From positions 128,001 through 192,000 of the forward strand of contig JAPDKB010000007.1 of the NCBI GenBank assembly GCA_029258795.1: DNA of 64,000 nucleotides, in the 5' to 3' direction. Positions 1 through 10,517 of the stretch are shown here, in pieces. A program made the translations under genes and the position numbers. The notes under the pieces were generated by a model. That model saw only the letters and a program-made list of their open reading frames with translations. It made no database searches and had not been told where the DNA came from. Source of the stretch: an archaeon. GTDB lineage: Archaea; EX4484-52; WAPT01. Position 1 is the stretch's first letter, and every line of letters begins with the position of its first letter.

Positions 1-1158
1 GCGCGGTGATGCTTCCTCCACATCCTTCAGCCCGATTTTGAAATGAGGCGCGGAGTAAAAAAGCGCGTACCTGACATGGTAAGGGTAATCCAGCCCTCTG
101 ACCAGCAGGCCATAAGGAGAGGCTACCCCAACAAGCAGCTGCAGCTCTCCATCAAGAAAAGCTTTCAACCTCTCCTCAGCCTCCTTCTTGCTCACCTCGG
201 CCGTCACATAAGAACACTTAACGCCGCTTTTCTCAAGAAATTCCGCGACTTTTTTTGCATCCTCTTCCGTCTTTGTGAAGATGAGCCCTCCCCTCCCGAG
301 TATCCGCGCAGCCCTCAACATCAGCTGAAGCTTCTCCTCGCCACCTGCAGCAACAACACCGTAATCCTCCACGTTCCTCATGGTCTGCCTGCTCACTCCG
401 ACTGAAAATCCGAGAAGCCTCGCAAAAAGCATGGCTTTCTTGCCGGGTTTGGCTGTTGCTGTCGAGACCATTATCTGGCCGTACTGCTTGGAGGGAGAGG
501 GCTCACCTCTCCTTATTTCCTCCTCGCTGAAGCCGAGCAGGTGAAGCAACCTTTCCACATTCCTTGAAGCTTTCAGAATGGCATCCACGTCATCCACGAA
601 GATGAAATCGAAGCGCAGATGCTTCATATCCTCGAAGTGCTTGGGCAGGAAAGCGCTGCTCGTTAAAAGCACGTCGAAATCCCCGGCCTTGAGCTTTTCC
701 ATGAACTCCTCCTTCTCCGCTTTTTTCATTCCGGAAAGGTATGCCATAATGTTTACTTTCCCGTCCACCATCTCCACAAGCTTCTCATAGCTCTGCTTCA
801 GAAGCAGCGTTGTTGGCACGATGATATAAACCTTCTTTTTCTTTTTTTCAGCCAGATAAGCGGCATAACTTATTCCAAAAAGCGTTTTGCCTATGCCTGT
901 GGGAGCAACAGCGGCAAAGCTCATCCCGGCCTTCAGCTTTTTCGCCCAGTATCGCTGTATGGCCTTCAGCTTTTTGCCGGTTCTCTCTTTAAAATACCTC
1001 TCAAATTCCTTAAAACCCCTAACCTGAAGCGCTTTGACAAGCTTTTCCTTTCTTACGGAACACTTTCCTGCTGCAAGCTCCTGAGTGGTGATCATCCCTC
1101 CACACACCGGGCAGAGGCCTTTGTAAGCTGCATGAATTATCGTATTTTCCTTTTGCAT
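1..1158 (-). CDS. rgy: Reverse gyrase, N-terminal Zn-finger + helicase-like region (runs off left edge)
   Basis: Not in the ORF track (no stop in window). Manual translation from ATG 1158: MQKENTIIHAAYKGLCPVCGG...APTGIGKT...FVDDVDAILKASRNV...STAT...LLGF...YGLLVRGLDYP.VRYALF, all reverse-gyrase motifs. Confidence 0.95.
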   Translation of the reverse strand, partial: MQKENTIIHAAYKGLCPVCGGMITTQELAAGKCSVRKEKLVKALQVRGFKEFERYFKERTGKKLKAIQRYWAKKLKAGMSFAAVAPTGIGKTLFGISYAAYLAEKKKKKVYIIVPTTLLLKQSYEKLVEMVDGKVNIMAYLSGMKKAEKEEFMEKLKAGDFDVLLTSSAFLPKHFEDMKHLRFDFIFVDDVDAILKASRNVERLLHLLGFSEEEIRRGEPSPSKQYGQIMVSTATAKPGKKAMLFARLLGFSVGVSRQTMRNVEDYGVVAAGGEEKLQLMLRAARILGRGGLIFTKTEEDAKKVAEFLEKSGVKCSYVTAEVSKKEAEERLKAFLDGELQLLVGVASPYGLLVRGLDYPYHVRYALFYSAPHFKIGLKDVEEASPR

Positions 1159-1335
1159 GAAGTATGTTTTTGGCAAGCGAAAAATATAAATGTGAAATAA
1201 GTGTTACTGAAACCCAGTGCTCAAAAGCTGGAAATGTTGTGGTATCGAGATATCAACAAACCGCAAAGTATATATACCCCTTTGGAATCTTATATCATTC
1301 ACCTTTCATTGATGAAAATAATTGAGAGGGTAAGG

Positions 1336-1755
1336 ATGAGTATGGAGAAAGAAAAAAGAGTTATGCTTTTCCTCATACTTCTGAACAGTCAGACGAATGA
1401 GAAATCCCTCAGAATAAAGCTTGAGGGCGCTGGTCTGAGATGTAAGAAGGAAAACGCAAAGCTCAGAGTTGTTGTGATAAGGGACGAGCTGGATGATAAT
1501 GTTCGACTTAACGAATTCGTGGTGGAAAAATTAGTAAGGTGGATAAGCTGGATGTACAGGATCGATGTGGAGCTCAAGTTCATCTCCTCCCCTGTACCGT
1601 TGCTTGCTGCAGCGAGAGAGGTCAATGGAGAGAAGTTTCGTGCTGTGTTCTGCTCTTTCGGAAAAAGCAAATTGTCCGCTCTCCTGCCAAGGGGTCTCAG
1701 AGCAGACCTTCCAGAACTTCTGAAAGAAAGGGACGCACATATAATACCGATGTAA
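1336..1755 (+). CDS. Hypothetical protein, possibly degenerate USP-like alpha/beta fold
   Basis: ORF with alternating beta/alpha pattern; start uncertain (1312-1342). Confidence 0.5.
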   Translation: MSMEKEKRVMLFLILLNSQTNEKSLRIKLEGAGLRCKKENAKLRVVVIRDELDDNVRLNEFVVEKLVRWISWMYRIDVELKFISSPVPLLAAAREVNGEKFRAVFCSFGKSKLSALLPRGLRADLPELLKERDAHIIPM

Positions 1756-1772
1756 TGCTACCATCCTTACCC

Positions 1773-2522
1773 TCATGCAAGAAGAGCTATCAGTTTCTCT
1801 CCGAACCGCGAGATCAAGAATAAGTTGAAAGGAATGGAGGTTGCCATAAAGGTTATGGAGTGTATGCTGAAATGCCTTAAATAACCGAAGATTATCACGT
1901 TGTGGAATGTGTAAAGTAGGGTTGTTACGACTCCTACCTGCCATAGGGAGGCATGCGTGTGCAAAACCCACACCGCGATACTACTCCACAAATAACCGAG
2001 CACAGGCACAACCACATTCTCCACACCTTCCGTCTGTCGCAGAAACGATCCAATTATGGATGAGGTGCCGCCCACCACAAACCCCACTAACGGATGGATG
2101 ACATAACCAACCACTGTGGTGACAAAAAGGCAAAGATCAAGCCCCACCACAAAAGGAATCGGTTCCTGAATCAGCTTGGATACGGATGCAAGAAATATCA
2201 ATGCGAGCAGGAACGCCGCAATCCTGAATTCCTTCACGCTTATGAGAAGGACCGATATCACGCCTACAACTGTCAACCGCCACAGCACTTTTTTCTTTTT
2301 CTCATCAATTTTTCCAGATATCAAGGAACGAATGTCCAATGTCAAATCCACTTTTTTCATTCCTTCAGCATTCCTGACTAGGTGAGATGAAGAAGTTTCC
2401 TTTGCATCTTGCTCTTCTTTATCCTTGATTTTCTGCAGCTCCTTGTCATTAATCCCATTTTTTCGTGCTTCATTCCTTTTTTCAAGATTTGCGATTTTTT
2501 TGATGACTTTCAAGAACATCAT
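1773..2522 (-). CDS. Membrane protein, ECF S-component-like, with charged N-terminal extension
   Basis: About 6 hydrophobic segments; G-L-D-L...G...G-F-V-V-G pattern; ATGA overlap with cutA; resembles 50507..51049. Confidence 0.55.
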   Translation of the reverse strand: MMFLKVIKKIANLEKRNEARKNGINDKELQKIKDKEEQDAKETSSSHLVRNAEGMKKVDLTLDIRSLISGKIDEKKKKVLWRLTVVGVISVLLISVKEFRIAAFLLALIFLASVSKLIQEPIPFVVGLDLCLFVTTVVGYVIHPLVGFVVGGTSSIIGSFLRQTEGVENVVVPVLGYLWSSIAVWVLHTHASLWQVGVVTTLLYTFHNVIIFGYLRHFSIHSITFMATSIPFNLFLISRFGEKLIALLA

Positions 2523-2881
2523 CGATCCCCGCTCTCACCAAGCACAGAATTCATCCATTCTAAATAGTGCACACTTCCATCTATTATCGGTAGCACGAGA
2601 AATTCGGCAATCTCGTAATTATGATTTGCAAGCACCTCCTTTCTTACTTCATCCACCTTTTCTTTTTTCGTTTTTATCAGCAAAAGGAATTCACGTGCTT
2701 TCTCCACCTTTCCCTCCCACCAGAAGTAGCTGGTGGCCAGCGGGAGTATTGTTATGCATGCAGCAAGCTTTTTGGATAGGAGAGCGTCCTTTATTCTCAA
2801 TGCTACATCTTCATTATCCGTTGTGGTCATGCAAAGTAAATAGTCGGTGTAATGCTTCAGGAAGTGGTACTCCTCCTCCAT
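2519..2881 (-). CDS. cutA: CutA divalent-cation tolerance protein
   Basis: LLSKKLAACI..S.FWWEGKVE...E.LLLIKT...H.YE motifs. Confidence 0.9.
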   Translation of the reverse strand: MEEEYHFLKHYTDYLLCMTTTDNEDVALRIKDALLSKKLAACITILPLATSYFWWEGKVEKAREFLLLIKTKKEKVDEVRKEVLANHNYEIAEFLVLPIIDGSVHYLEWMNSVLGESGDR

Positions 2882-3091
2882 AATCTCCCACCACCGATAG
2901 GAAATCACCATGATTTTAAAATTTTTAAAGATTAGCCCCGAATGCTCGGGTGTGAAACGTCAAACCCTTAGTTATTTAAAAGTTTGCATTGAAAAGTTTA
3001 GTGAACCACCCAAATTTTTGTGTATTTTCAAATATATTTGGATTTGAGTTAAAAAAAGAATATAAAAAATGTTTAGGAGGTGGAATGAAGT

Positions 3092-3295
3092 ATGGCGGAA
3101 CTTTCAATAGCGGCAATGGAAAGGATACTGAAAAAAGCTGGAGCGGAGCGTGTTTCAAAGAGAGCGGCGGAATATCTCGCTGAAATACTGGAGGACATAG
3201 CGATGGACATCGCAAGACAGTCCATAGCGCTTGCGCACCACGCCGGAAGGAAGACAGTGAGGGTTGAGGACATAAAGCTGGCAACTCAGGGTTAA
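3092..3295 (+). CDS. Archaeal histone (HMf family)
   Basis: MAEL.IA...[12 protein letters not shown]...HAGRKTV..EDIKLA. Confidence 0.97.
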   Translation: MAELSIAAMERILKKAGAERVSKRAAEYLAEILEDIAMDIARQSIALAHHAGRKTVRVEDIKLATQG

Positions 3296-3345
3296 ATTCA
3301 TAGAGAGATTTTGTTTCCCTTTCTTCTCTTTTTATTTGTTTCGAT

Positions 3346-3645
3346 TTACATGCCACGGGATAATATCAAGCTGTACAGGCCTTTCAAAAGGGCGAGCATC
3401 CCTGCGGTGTGAACGAAAGAATTCTCATAGGAAACGAAAGAGATCATGAAGGCTATGGCTGTAGCCATGTCTATTGCGCCCATCCAGTCCAGATAGTTGT
3501 TGTGAGACAAGCTGGAAAGGAGGGAGAAGAGTGCCTTGAGAAAGATGAAAAGCGTTAACACCACTCTCAATGGCAGCCATTCTATTTTGAAAATAAGCAC
3601 AAGTCCTGCAAGCACATCCAGCGAGCTGAGAAATGTGAGTATCAT
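3346..3645 (-). CDS. Small hypothetical membrane protein
   Basis: 99 aa, about 4 hydrophobic helices with internal D...K-(A/G)-L-(F/Y)-S-L repeat. Confidence 0.7.
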   Translation of the reverse strand: MILTFLSSLDVLAGLVLIFKIEWLPLRVVLTLFIFLKALFSLLSSLSHNNYLDWMGAIDMATAIAFMISFVSYENSFVHTAGMLALLKGLYSLILSRGM

Positions 3646-3717
3646 GGTGTAGCGTGAGGAAAAAGAATTTTTAAAGATGGCGGAGAAAAATTTAAAATAG
3701 TAATCATTTTATAGTGG

Positions 3718-5082
3718 TTGCACATGAGGAGATGTGATGAGATAAAGAGGTTGATGGAGAAGGAATACGAAACTGCTTTAGCTAATGTAATATCGAGAGT
3801 CGGGAGAAGAAAGGGTGAAACTGGAAGTGTTGAAAGTTATGAACTTGCCAGCGCGATTTCTAACGAGCTTGAAAAGAGATTGCCTGTTATTGAAAGGAAG
3901 ATTCTGAAGAAGGTCCAGAAGGAAATTGAGCCCGGTTTGAGAGGGGTGATAGAGAGTGGTGCTTATCTCAATCTTGTGGAAGGTGATGACCCTCACACCG
4001 TCCTGAATTTCCTCAACCAGATTTATGATGCCATCAAAAACTATCTTGATGTTGATTTCAAAAACCAGATGAGGCGTGTGATTTTAGAGCTGGAAGATGT
4101 TGTGGAAAACAGTGAGAGATCGCTCAAAGACCTTTTCTTGGCTCAGGAGCTGGGTGGGGGCAAAGTCGTTGATGCTATCTATAATTTTTTGGAAAATCAG
4201 AGCAAGATTTCGGAGGAATTTGCGGAAAAGAGGTACGATCTTCTTAAGGACATTAGCTCCATGACAGGCGAAATTCAATTCCTCAAACCGGAAATGCCTC
4301 AATTTTATCACGACTCTGAGAATATCTGCCGGAAAATCGAGGAGGTTAGAGATGGAGTTCTCTACATTCCGGAAGAAGGGAAATACACTTATGCAAGTTA
4401 CACAGCCGAAGATGTCAGGCGACTTCACGCATTACCACTTTTCTGGCTCCTCGAAAAGAGTGTGGAGAGAAATCATGGCGAGTTGAGGGAGGAGAAAAAA
4501 GGAAAATTCGTAACTGACCCTAAAATTGTCAGGAGTCATGGCAGTGAGGTTTTCCATACCTTTAACTTCAAGGATCCTGTGATGGTTTATGCTGTGGTTG
4601 TTAAGACATCCTATCCTGAATTGCATTCCTACCCGCGAACCATAAGAAATGAAATTGTTGGTACGCTCATGGTGAGAGATAGTATTCTAGCTGAGAAAAT
4701 AAGTGATGATGTTTACCGCGGGCTGAAAGAGCAGGGAATTGAGGATGAGGAAATGGTTCATTATGTGCATAGATTTCCAGAAAAGATTGTGGGAGAAGAG
4801 AAGAGGGATGAGGTTCTGGAGAGAGCGGGAGTGGTTGATTTGGTCATAAGGAGGCTTTATGCTGACGGCATAGATATCAATTCTTCCAGGAAAAAGAAGG
4901 GCAGAGCAAAGGGTATGGAGATTCTTGGGGCAGCTGAATATTACGTGTTAGCTTCTCATCTCAACATGCCTTACCTTGATGCTGCAGAGATAGCTTTTGG
5001 TGATAAGTCGAAGTTCATATTATACGTGGTTGAGAATACGAAGTACAGAAGAAGGGGCGAGGGCGAGCTCGTGGAGTGCTGA
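3718..5082 (+). CDS. Hypothetical protein (orphan, helical/charged)
   Basis: 454-aa ORF with upstream TTTAAAA box; no recognisable motif. Confidence 0.75.
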   Translation: MHMRRCDEIKRLMEKEYETALANVISRVGRRKGETGSVESYELASAISNELEKRLPVIERKILKKVQKEIEPGLRGVIESGAYLNLVEGDDPHTVLNFLNQIYDAIKNYLDVDFKNQMRRVILELEDVVENSERSLKDLFLAQELGGGKVVDAIYNFLENQSKISEEFAEKRYDLLKDISSMTGEIQFLKPEMPQFYHDSENICRKIEEVRDGVLYIPEEGKYTYASYTAEDVRRLHALPLFWLLEKSVERNHGELREEKKGKFVTDPKIVRSHGSEVFHTFNFKDPVMVYAVVVKTSYPELHSYPRTIRNEIVGTLMVRDSILAEKISDDVYRGLKEQGIEDEEMVHYVHRFPEKIVGEEKRDEVLERAGVVDLVIRRLYADGIDINSSRKKKGRAKGMEILGAAEYYVLASHLNMPYLDAAEIAFGDKSKFILYVVENTKYRRRGEGELVEC

Positions 5083-5262
5083 GAATGTCTTTCCTTACAT
5101 TGTTTTTCTGATTTATTTACTCCAGCATATAAAAATATATAAAGAACTTGATACTCATGAAAAAGCAGGCACGAGCACCGTCCGGGAGAGCGAATTAGAT
5201 GCTCTCCTTCTTTCTACTTCTTATCGATGCAAATTTAACCTTGAGGTTGTAAAAGATACGCG

Positions 5263-5898
5263 ATGCGAATGGAGCTGATCTCCAAGGGAGCTGAAGCGGA
5301 CATACTTTTGAAGGAAAGTAGAGGAAGAAAGGTTGTAATCAAGAAAAGGGTGCCCAAAAGGTACAGAGTCAGGAAGCTTGATGTGATGCTCAGGAAGAGC
5401 AGGAACAGACACGAAATAAAGCTGATGGAAAAAGCCATGCAGGCTGGCGTTACCGTGCCAAAGATTGTGGGGAAGAGTACGTTCTTCTTCGAGATGGAGT
5501 ATGTGGAGGGGAAAAAGCTGAAGGACGTGCTGAATGAAAATAACTGCGAGAGATATGCAAAAGAGCTTGGCAGAATGGTCGCGGGGCTCCACAATGCAGG
5601 CATAATTCATGGAGATATAACCACCAGCAATGTTATTGTTGAGGAGAAAAGCAAAGAGCTCGTTCTGATCGATTTCGGACTGGGCTTTTTTTCCACAAGC
5701 GCTGAAGACATGGCCACCGATATTCACGTGCTTGAGGAAACGACTTATGCTACACATCCCGATCTTGCTGCAAGGTTCATGAGCGCTTTCTTCGAGAATT
5801 ATTTTGAGGTGCTGGAGAGCAGGAAAAAAGAAGAGGTCAAAAAGAGACTTGAGATGATAAGAAAGCGAGGCAGGTATGTTAGAAAGCGAGCAGAGTAA
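5263..5898 (+). CDS. bud32: KEOPS kinase Bud32
   Basis: KGAEA, K.R.PKRYR..LD, IIHGDITTSN, LIDFGL, C-terminal RGRY. Confidence 0.95.
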   Translation: MRMELISKGAEADILLKESRGRKVVIKKRVPKRYRVRKLDVMLRKSRNRHEIKLMEKAMQAGVTVPKIVGKSTFFFEMEYVEGKKLKDVLNENNCERYAKELGRMVAGLHNAGIIHGDITTSNVIVEEKSKELVLIDFGLGFFSTSAEDMATDIHVLEETTYATHPDLAARFMSAFFENYFEVLESRKKEEVKKRLEMIRKRGRYVRKRAE

Positions 5899-5952
5899 TC
5901 ATGCAAGAGTCATCACAAAAGTTTATATGGAGGTAAGAGCGTAGATTTAACC

Positions 5953-8601
5953 ATGAACTTTCATTCTAAGGACTGGCAGGAGGTCGTTAAAGAGTTGGGA
6001 TCTGATGCCAAGAAAGGGTTGAATGAGAGAGAGGTAAAGAGACGGCTGGAGAAGTACGGCAAGAACAAGATAGAGATGGAGAGAAAGATAAGCCCTCTAA
6101 AAATCTTTCTGGAGCAGTTCACAAGCCCTCTCGTGCTGATTTTGATAGCTGCGGCCATAATATCTTATTTTGCTGGTGGTTCTGAAAACCACACCGAGGT
6201 TTTTCTCATTCTCTTCATCGTGATTGCGAACGGCATTTTTGGCTTTGTTCAGGACTACAAAGCTGAAAGAAGCATGGAAGCTCTCAGGAAGATGATGGTC
6301 ACAAAGGCGAGAGTGTTGAGAGATGGTGCTGTCAGGGAGATTGATGCAAGCGAGCTTGTGCCGGGAGATATGATCCTACTGGAGGAAGGAGACAAGGTAC
6401 CTGCCGATGCGCGCATAATAGAGTGTAAGAATTTGCTTGTGAATGAAGCTGTTCTGACGGGAGAGAGTGTGGCTGTGGAGAAAACGCCAGAAAAGGTTGG
6501 TGAGGATGTCCCCCTTGCTGAGAGAAGAAACATGCTTTATGCAAACACCTTTGTGGAGAGGGGGAAGGCAAAAGCTATTGTTATTGCTACAGGCCTCAAC
6601 ACGGAGTTTGGCAAGATAGCGAGGGAGGTGGCTGAAGCTGAAAAACCACCCACACCTTTTGAGGAGGAGCTATCATCTCTCGGTAAAAAAATTTCAGTAA
6701 TGGTCATCGTGCTCATAGCCATCATATTTATAACTCAACTCATCTTTGCACATCTGAGCTTTCTTGAAACCCTGATGGTGGCGGTTAGCCTTGCAGTTGC
6801 TGCCATTCCAGAAGGCCTGCCCGCTGTGGTTACCATAGCTCTCGCACTCGGTACAAAAAAGATGCTTAAACACAACGCTCTGGCAAGGCGGCTTTCTGTA
6901 GTGGAATCGCTGGGCTCAGTCAATGTGATATGTACAGATAAGACGGGCACGCTCACCGAAAACAAGATGACTGCTCGCGTCATCTATGCAGGAGGTGAGC
7001 TTTACGAGGTTACGGGTACAGGCTACGATGTGGATGGCGCAATTCTTAAAGATGGTGCAAGAGTTAGCGTGAAAAGCGTCAAACCCCTCAAGATGGCACT
7101 GCTTTGTGGAGCTCTGTGTAATGATTCCGTTGTGCGGGTGAAAGAAGATGGAGGTGTTGAAACGAGCGGTGATGCCACCGAAATAGCTCTCAAGATTCTT
7201 GCGATGAAAGGTAGCGTGTCCTTTGACTATCCCCGCCTTGATGAGGTGCCATTTTCATCCGAGCGCAAAATGATGTCCACCCTGAACAGAGTGGGGGATC
7301 GCGTTTATCTTTTCGTGAAAGGTGCTCCCGAAATTGTGGTGAAGAAATGTAACAGGATAATGAAGAACGGGAAGGTTCTGCCCATAAATGATAAGGAAAG
7401 GGAAGAAGTGCTGAAGAAAAACAACGATATGGCCTCAAAGGGGCTGAGGGTGCTGGCTTTAGCTTACAAGGAAGTAGCGTCTGATAACACTTCCATCAGT
7501 GAGGAGGATGAGAACGAGCTTGTACTCATTGGACTCGTTGGAATAATGGACCCACCGCGCAAGGAGGTTCCGAAAGCTGTTGAAGTGGCTAAAAAAGCGG
7601 GCATACGGGTTGTGATGATAACCGGCGATAATATTCTGACGGCAAGGGCTGTGGCAAGAGAAGTTGGAATAGAGGGCAATGCAATAGAGTGCTGGAAGCT
7701 GGACGAGATGAACGATGAGGAGTTTAGAGATACTGTGCTGGAATGCAACATTTTTGCCAGGGCTTCTCCTTCCCATAAGGTGAAGATACTGAAGGTCCTT
7801 CAGGAGGAAGGGTATGTTGTGGGTATGACTGGAGATGGTGTGAATGATGCTCCCGCCGTGAAAAATGCGGATGTTGGTATAAGTATGGGCATGCGTGGCA
7901 CGGATGTTACAAAGTCCGCTTCCGACATGGTTCTGCTTGATGACAACTTTGCCACGATAGTTGCTGCCGTGCGCGAGGGCAGAACCATCTTCACCAACAT
8001 AAGGAAGTTCGTGAATTATTTGCTCTCTGCAAACTTAGCGGAGGTTCTGGCAGTGTTCATTCTCTCTCTAAAGGGCTTTGTGGCGTTAACGCCAGTGCAG
8101 CTTCTCTGGATAAACCTGCTTACGGATGGATTTCCAGCTCTGGCACTGGGGGCTGATCCTGCTCCACCGGACATCATGAAAAGAAAGCCGAAGAAGAAGG
8201 GAGAAGGAGTCATAACCAAACCGGTTATGGCGAGCATACTCACAACGGGTGTGCTGCTTAGCATTATGCTTGTAATCCTGTTTTTGTATGGGTTAAAGAA
8301 GAGTTTGATTTACGCGCAGACCATGATATTTACTGGCTTTGTCTTTTATGAATTCGTGCGAATAGGAGTAATAAGAAATCATGACAGGCTTTCCTTCATG
8401 TCCAATAAGTGGCTTGTGCTCGCGCTTTTGTCCGCGGTAGCTCTGCAGCTCCTCATAATCTTCACACCACTTTGCTCTTACTTTGGGGCTGTTGAAATCA
8501 GCATGAAAGATATGCTGGTGATTATCATAGGGGGTGTGGTTCTTTACATAGCCAACATACTGACCGATAGAGTTGTCTGGAAGAAAATGAGCTCAGAATG
8601 A
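5953..8601 (+). CDS. P-type cation (Ca2+-like, type II) ATPase
   Basis: [32 protein letters not shown]. Confidence 0.95.
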   Translation: MNFHSKDWQEVVKELGSDAKKGLNEREVKRRLEKYGKNKIEMERKISPLKIFLEQFTSPLVLILIAAAIISYFAGGSENHTEVFLILFIVIANGIFGFVQDYKAERSMEALRKMMVTKARVLRDGAVREIDASELVPGDMILLEEGDKVPADARIIECKNLLVNEAVLTGESVAVEKTPEKVGEDVPLAERRNMLYANTFVERGKAKAIVIATGLNTEFGKIAREVAEAEKPPTPFEEELSSLGKKISVMVIVLIAIIFITQLIFAHLSFLETLMVAVSLAVAAIPEGLPAVVTIALALGTKKMLKHNALARRLSVVESLGSVNVICTDKTGTLTENKMTARVIYAGGELYEVTGTGYDVDGAILKDGARVSVKSVKPLKMALLCGALCNDSVVRVKEDGGVETSGDATEIALKILAMKGSVSFDYPRLDEVPFSSERKMMSTLNRVGDRVYLFVKGAPEIVVKKCNRIMKNGKVLPINDKEREEVLKKNNDMASKGLRVLALAYKEVASDNTSISEEDENELVLIGLVGIMDPPRKEVPKAVEVAKKAGIRVVMITGDNILTARAVAREVGIEGNAIECWKLDEMNDEEFRDTVLECNIFARASPSHKVKILKVLQEEGYVVGMTGDGVNDAPAVKNADVGISMGMRGTDVTKSASDMVLLDDNFATIVAAVREGRTIFTNIRKFVNYLLSANLAEVLAVFILSLKGFVALTPVQLLWINLLTDGFPALALGADPAPPDIMKRKPKKKGEGVITKPVMASILTTGVLLSIMLVILFLYGLKKSLIYAQTMIFTGFVFYEFVRIGVIRNHDRLSFMSNKWLVLALLSAVALQLLIIFTPLCSYFGAVEISMKDMLVIIIGGVVLYIANILTDRVVWKKMSSE

Positions 8602-8624
8602 AAGAAAAAGGTTTAAAGATGGTG

Positions 8625-9083
8625 CTAGCTCTGCACCAGAATCTTTGCCTTCTCTGGGTCGTACTTCCAGTCAGCGGGCAACTTGCCCTTCCTGACGTAA
8701 TATTTGCCTAAACGCCTTATTTTTGATTCGAGAAGCATCAAAGCGTGTTTTGATCTCGTATCCTTCTTGTTCTTCTCGAGGTGCTTTCTCAAGTTCACAG
8801 CTCTTCTCAGCAGGTTGAGTAGGTCCTCCGGAATTTCGGAAGCAAGACCCCTTTCCTCCAGAATCTTGGTCATCTTCTTTCCAACAACATCCTTCACGCT
8901 GGTTATGCCGTACTGATCTCTTAAAATAAGACCTATCTGGGCTGAGCTATAGCCCTGCTTTCTCAGCTTTTCAACTAAAGCTATCACTTCCTCCGGCTTG
9001 TAATCGATCCATGGCGGCTTTCCCTTGCGCGGAGGTCTGTGGCTTCCGGATCTTCCCCTCTTCCTTGCGTAGATTCTTGCCAT
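8625..9083 (-). CDS. rps15: 30S ribosomal protein uS15 (S15P/S13e)
   Basis: [16 protein letters not shown]...[11 protein letters not shown]...IPEDL. Confidence 0.97.
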   Translation of the reverse strand: MARIYARKRGRSGSHRPPRKGKPPWIDYKPEEVIALVEKLRKQGYSSAQIGLILRDQYGITSVKDVVGKKMTKILEERGLASEIPEDLLNLLRRAVNLRKHLEKNKKDTRSKHALMLLESKIRRLGKYYVRKGKLPADWKYDPEKAKILVQS

Positions 9084-9152
9084 CTCGCACCACTCTATAC
9101 TTTAGTCACGATGCTTTATTTACAGCAGTAAGTTTTTTAAGGTTTATTGCGG

Positions 9153-9749
9153 TTACCGCCCTGTTTGTTTTTCCAGCTTCCTGTAAGCTTTCCTCAGCGC
9201 TTCCCTTATCCTGTTCCTGTTTTTCCTGAAGCTTCCATCAAGCATGGCAGCGGCTCTCTTTATGCTTCCCGCCTGAAGATAAAGCTCGAGCAGCTTCCTT
9301 TCTTCATCTTTTAGTTTGAGCTTCTCCAGAGCTTCCTTAGCAAGTTCTTTAAGGTCGCGCTCTCCATAATATACTGCCTCGGGTCTTTTAGCCTGCTGAA
9401 ATGGAAAAAGGGTGAACCTGATCACGTAAACCTCCTCCGGCTTTGAGCCGTAACATGAAAGGAGCTCTTCCTTCAGCTCCTCCAAGCTTTCAAACCCATC
9501 CCGCTTTGCATCCTCATCGCTTAGCTCTTCAAACCATTTCTTCTCCACACTTTCGATGATTGCTTCTCCTATCATCTCTCCTCCGCAGTGCACCACAACT
9601 ACCTCTCCCTTCTTCAGGTTGCAATCCTTTCTTATCGTGGCTTTCTTCCTGCCAGAAAGCAAATCTTCCTTATATTTACCCTTGAATTCCAGATGTTTCA
9701 TGTCATTCACCTTAATGCTCATAATTTTTAGGTTTTCCCACATCACCAT
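9153..9749 (-). CDS. ASCH-domain protein with C-terminal HTH-like segment
   Basis: LLSGRKKATIR and DAKRDGF motifs; true start probably about 9701. Confidence 0.85.
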   Translation of the reverse strand: MVMWENLKIMSIKVNDMKHLEFKGKYKEDLLSGRKKATIRKDCNLKKGEVVVVHCGGEMIGEAIIESVEKKWFEELSDEDAKRDGFESLEELKEELLSCYGSKPEEVYVIRFTLFPFQQAKRPEAVYYGERDLKELAKEALEKLKLKDEERKLLELYLQAGSIKRAAAMLDGSFRKNRNRIREALRKAYRKLEKQTGR

Positions 9750-9831
9750 TCATTTCTGAATTTAAATAAATTCAACATCTAAAAGTGGTAATTTTATGGA
9801 ATATATATTTAAATTAAGCACCTAAAAAGTA

Positions 9832-10500
9832 ATGTTCATGGATGAAAAAACAGCATATAGATTATTGGAAGAATATGTAGATGAAGGTGTTGTAGAGATA
9901 GATGAACGCGGTATAATTACTTGGGTAAACCGAAAAGCAGCAGAATCGATGAAATATGAAAGAGAGGAGATGGTCGGGAAACACTATCTTGAGTTCGTTC
10001 ACTCAGATTACAGGGATGACGCCGGAAGAATTTATGAGGAAGTTTTAAAATGGGGAAGTTATGAGTTTCCAGCATTAACTGTTGTTTTTCCGCTGGTTAA
10101 AAGGAATGGGGAAATGTTGTATGGAGAGGTTCGATTTTCGAATGTTATTGATGAAAAAGGTTCAAGATATTCCGTTCTATTTATTAGAGATAGGACGGAG
10201 GAGTACGAATTGTTAATGGAACTTGAGGAACTCAATAAAGAATATGGAATAATTGTGGATTTATTACGAAATTTTCTAGCAATACCTCTTGCGTACGCAG
10301 ATATATTGAAGTATGAAAATCTGGCTCCGAAAGATAAAGATAAAATAGTTGGAAGATTACTTGAGGTGCTGTCTGAAAGAATGCCTCGTATTTCCGAAAC
10401 CCTTCAAGAATTGGATGATACCTGGTTAAGGGTGCTAGCCACAATAAAGAATTTAAAAAGGAAATACCTTCCCGCTGATGGCAGAGAATTTAAATCATAA
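9832..10500 (+). CDS. PAS-domain protein with degenerate HisKA-like helices
   Basis: IDERGIITWVN..A...Y.REEMVGK...FVH...RNGE...IRDRTE PAS/PAC signature. Confidence 0.8.
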   Translation: MFMDEKTAYRLLEEYVDEGVVEIDERGIITWVNRKAAESMKYEREEMVGKHYLEFVHSDYRDDAGRIYEEVLKWGSYEFPALTVVFPLVKRNGEMLYGEVRFSNVIDEKGSRYSVLFIRDRTEEYELLMELEELNKEYGIIVDLLRNFLAIPLAYADILKYENLAPKDKDKIVGRLLEVLSERMPRISETLQELDDTWLRVLATIKNLKRKYLPADGREFKS

Positions 10501-10517
10501 ATAAAAAAGAACTCCAC

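Noticed and set aside
43-790. Plus-strand ORFs 43..405 and 578..790
   Set aside because: Shadows of the minus-strand reverse gyrase.
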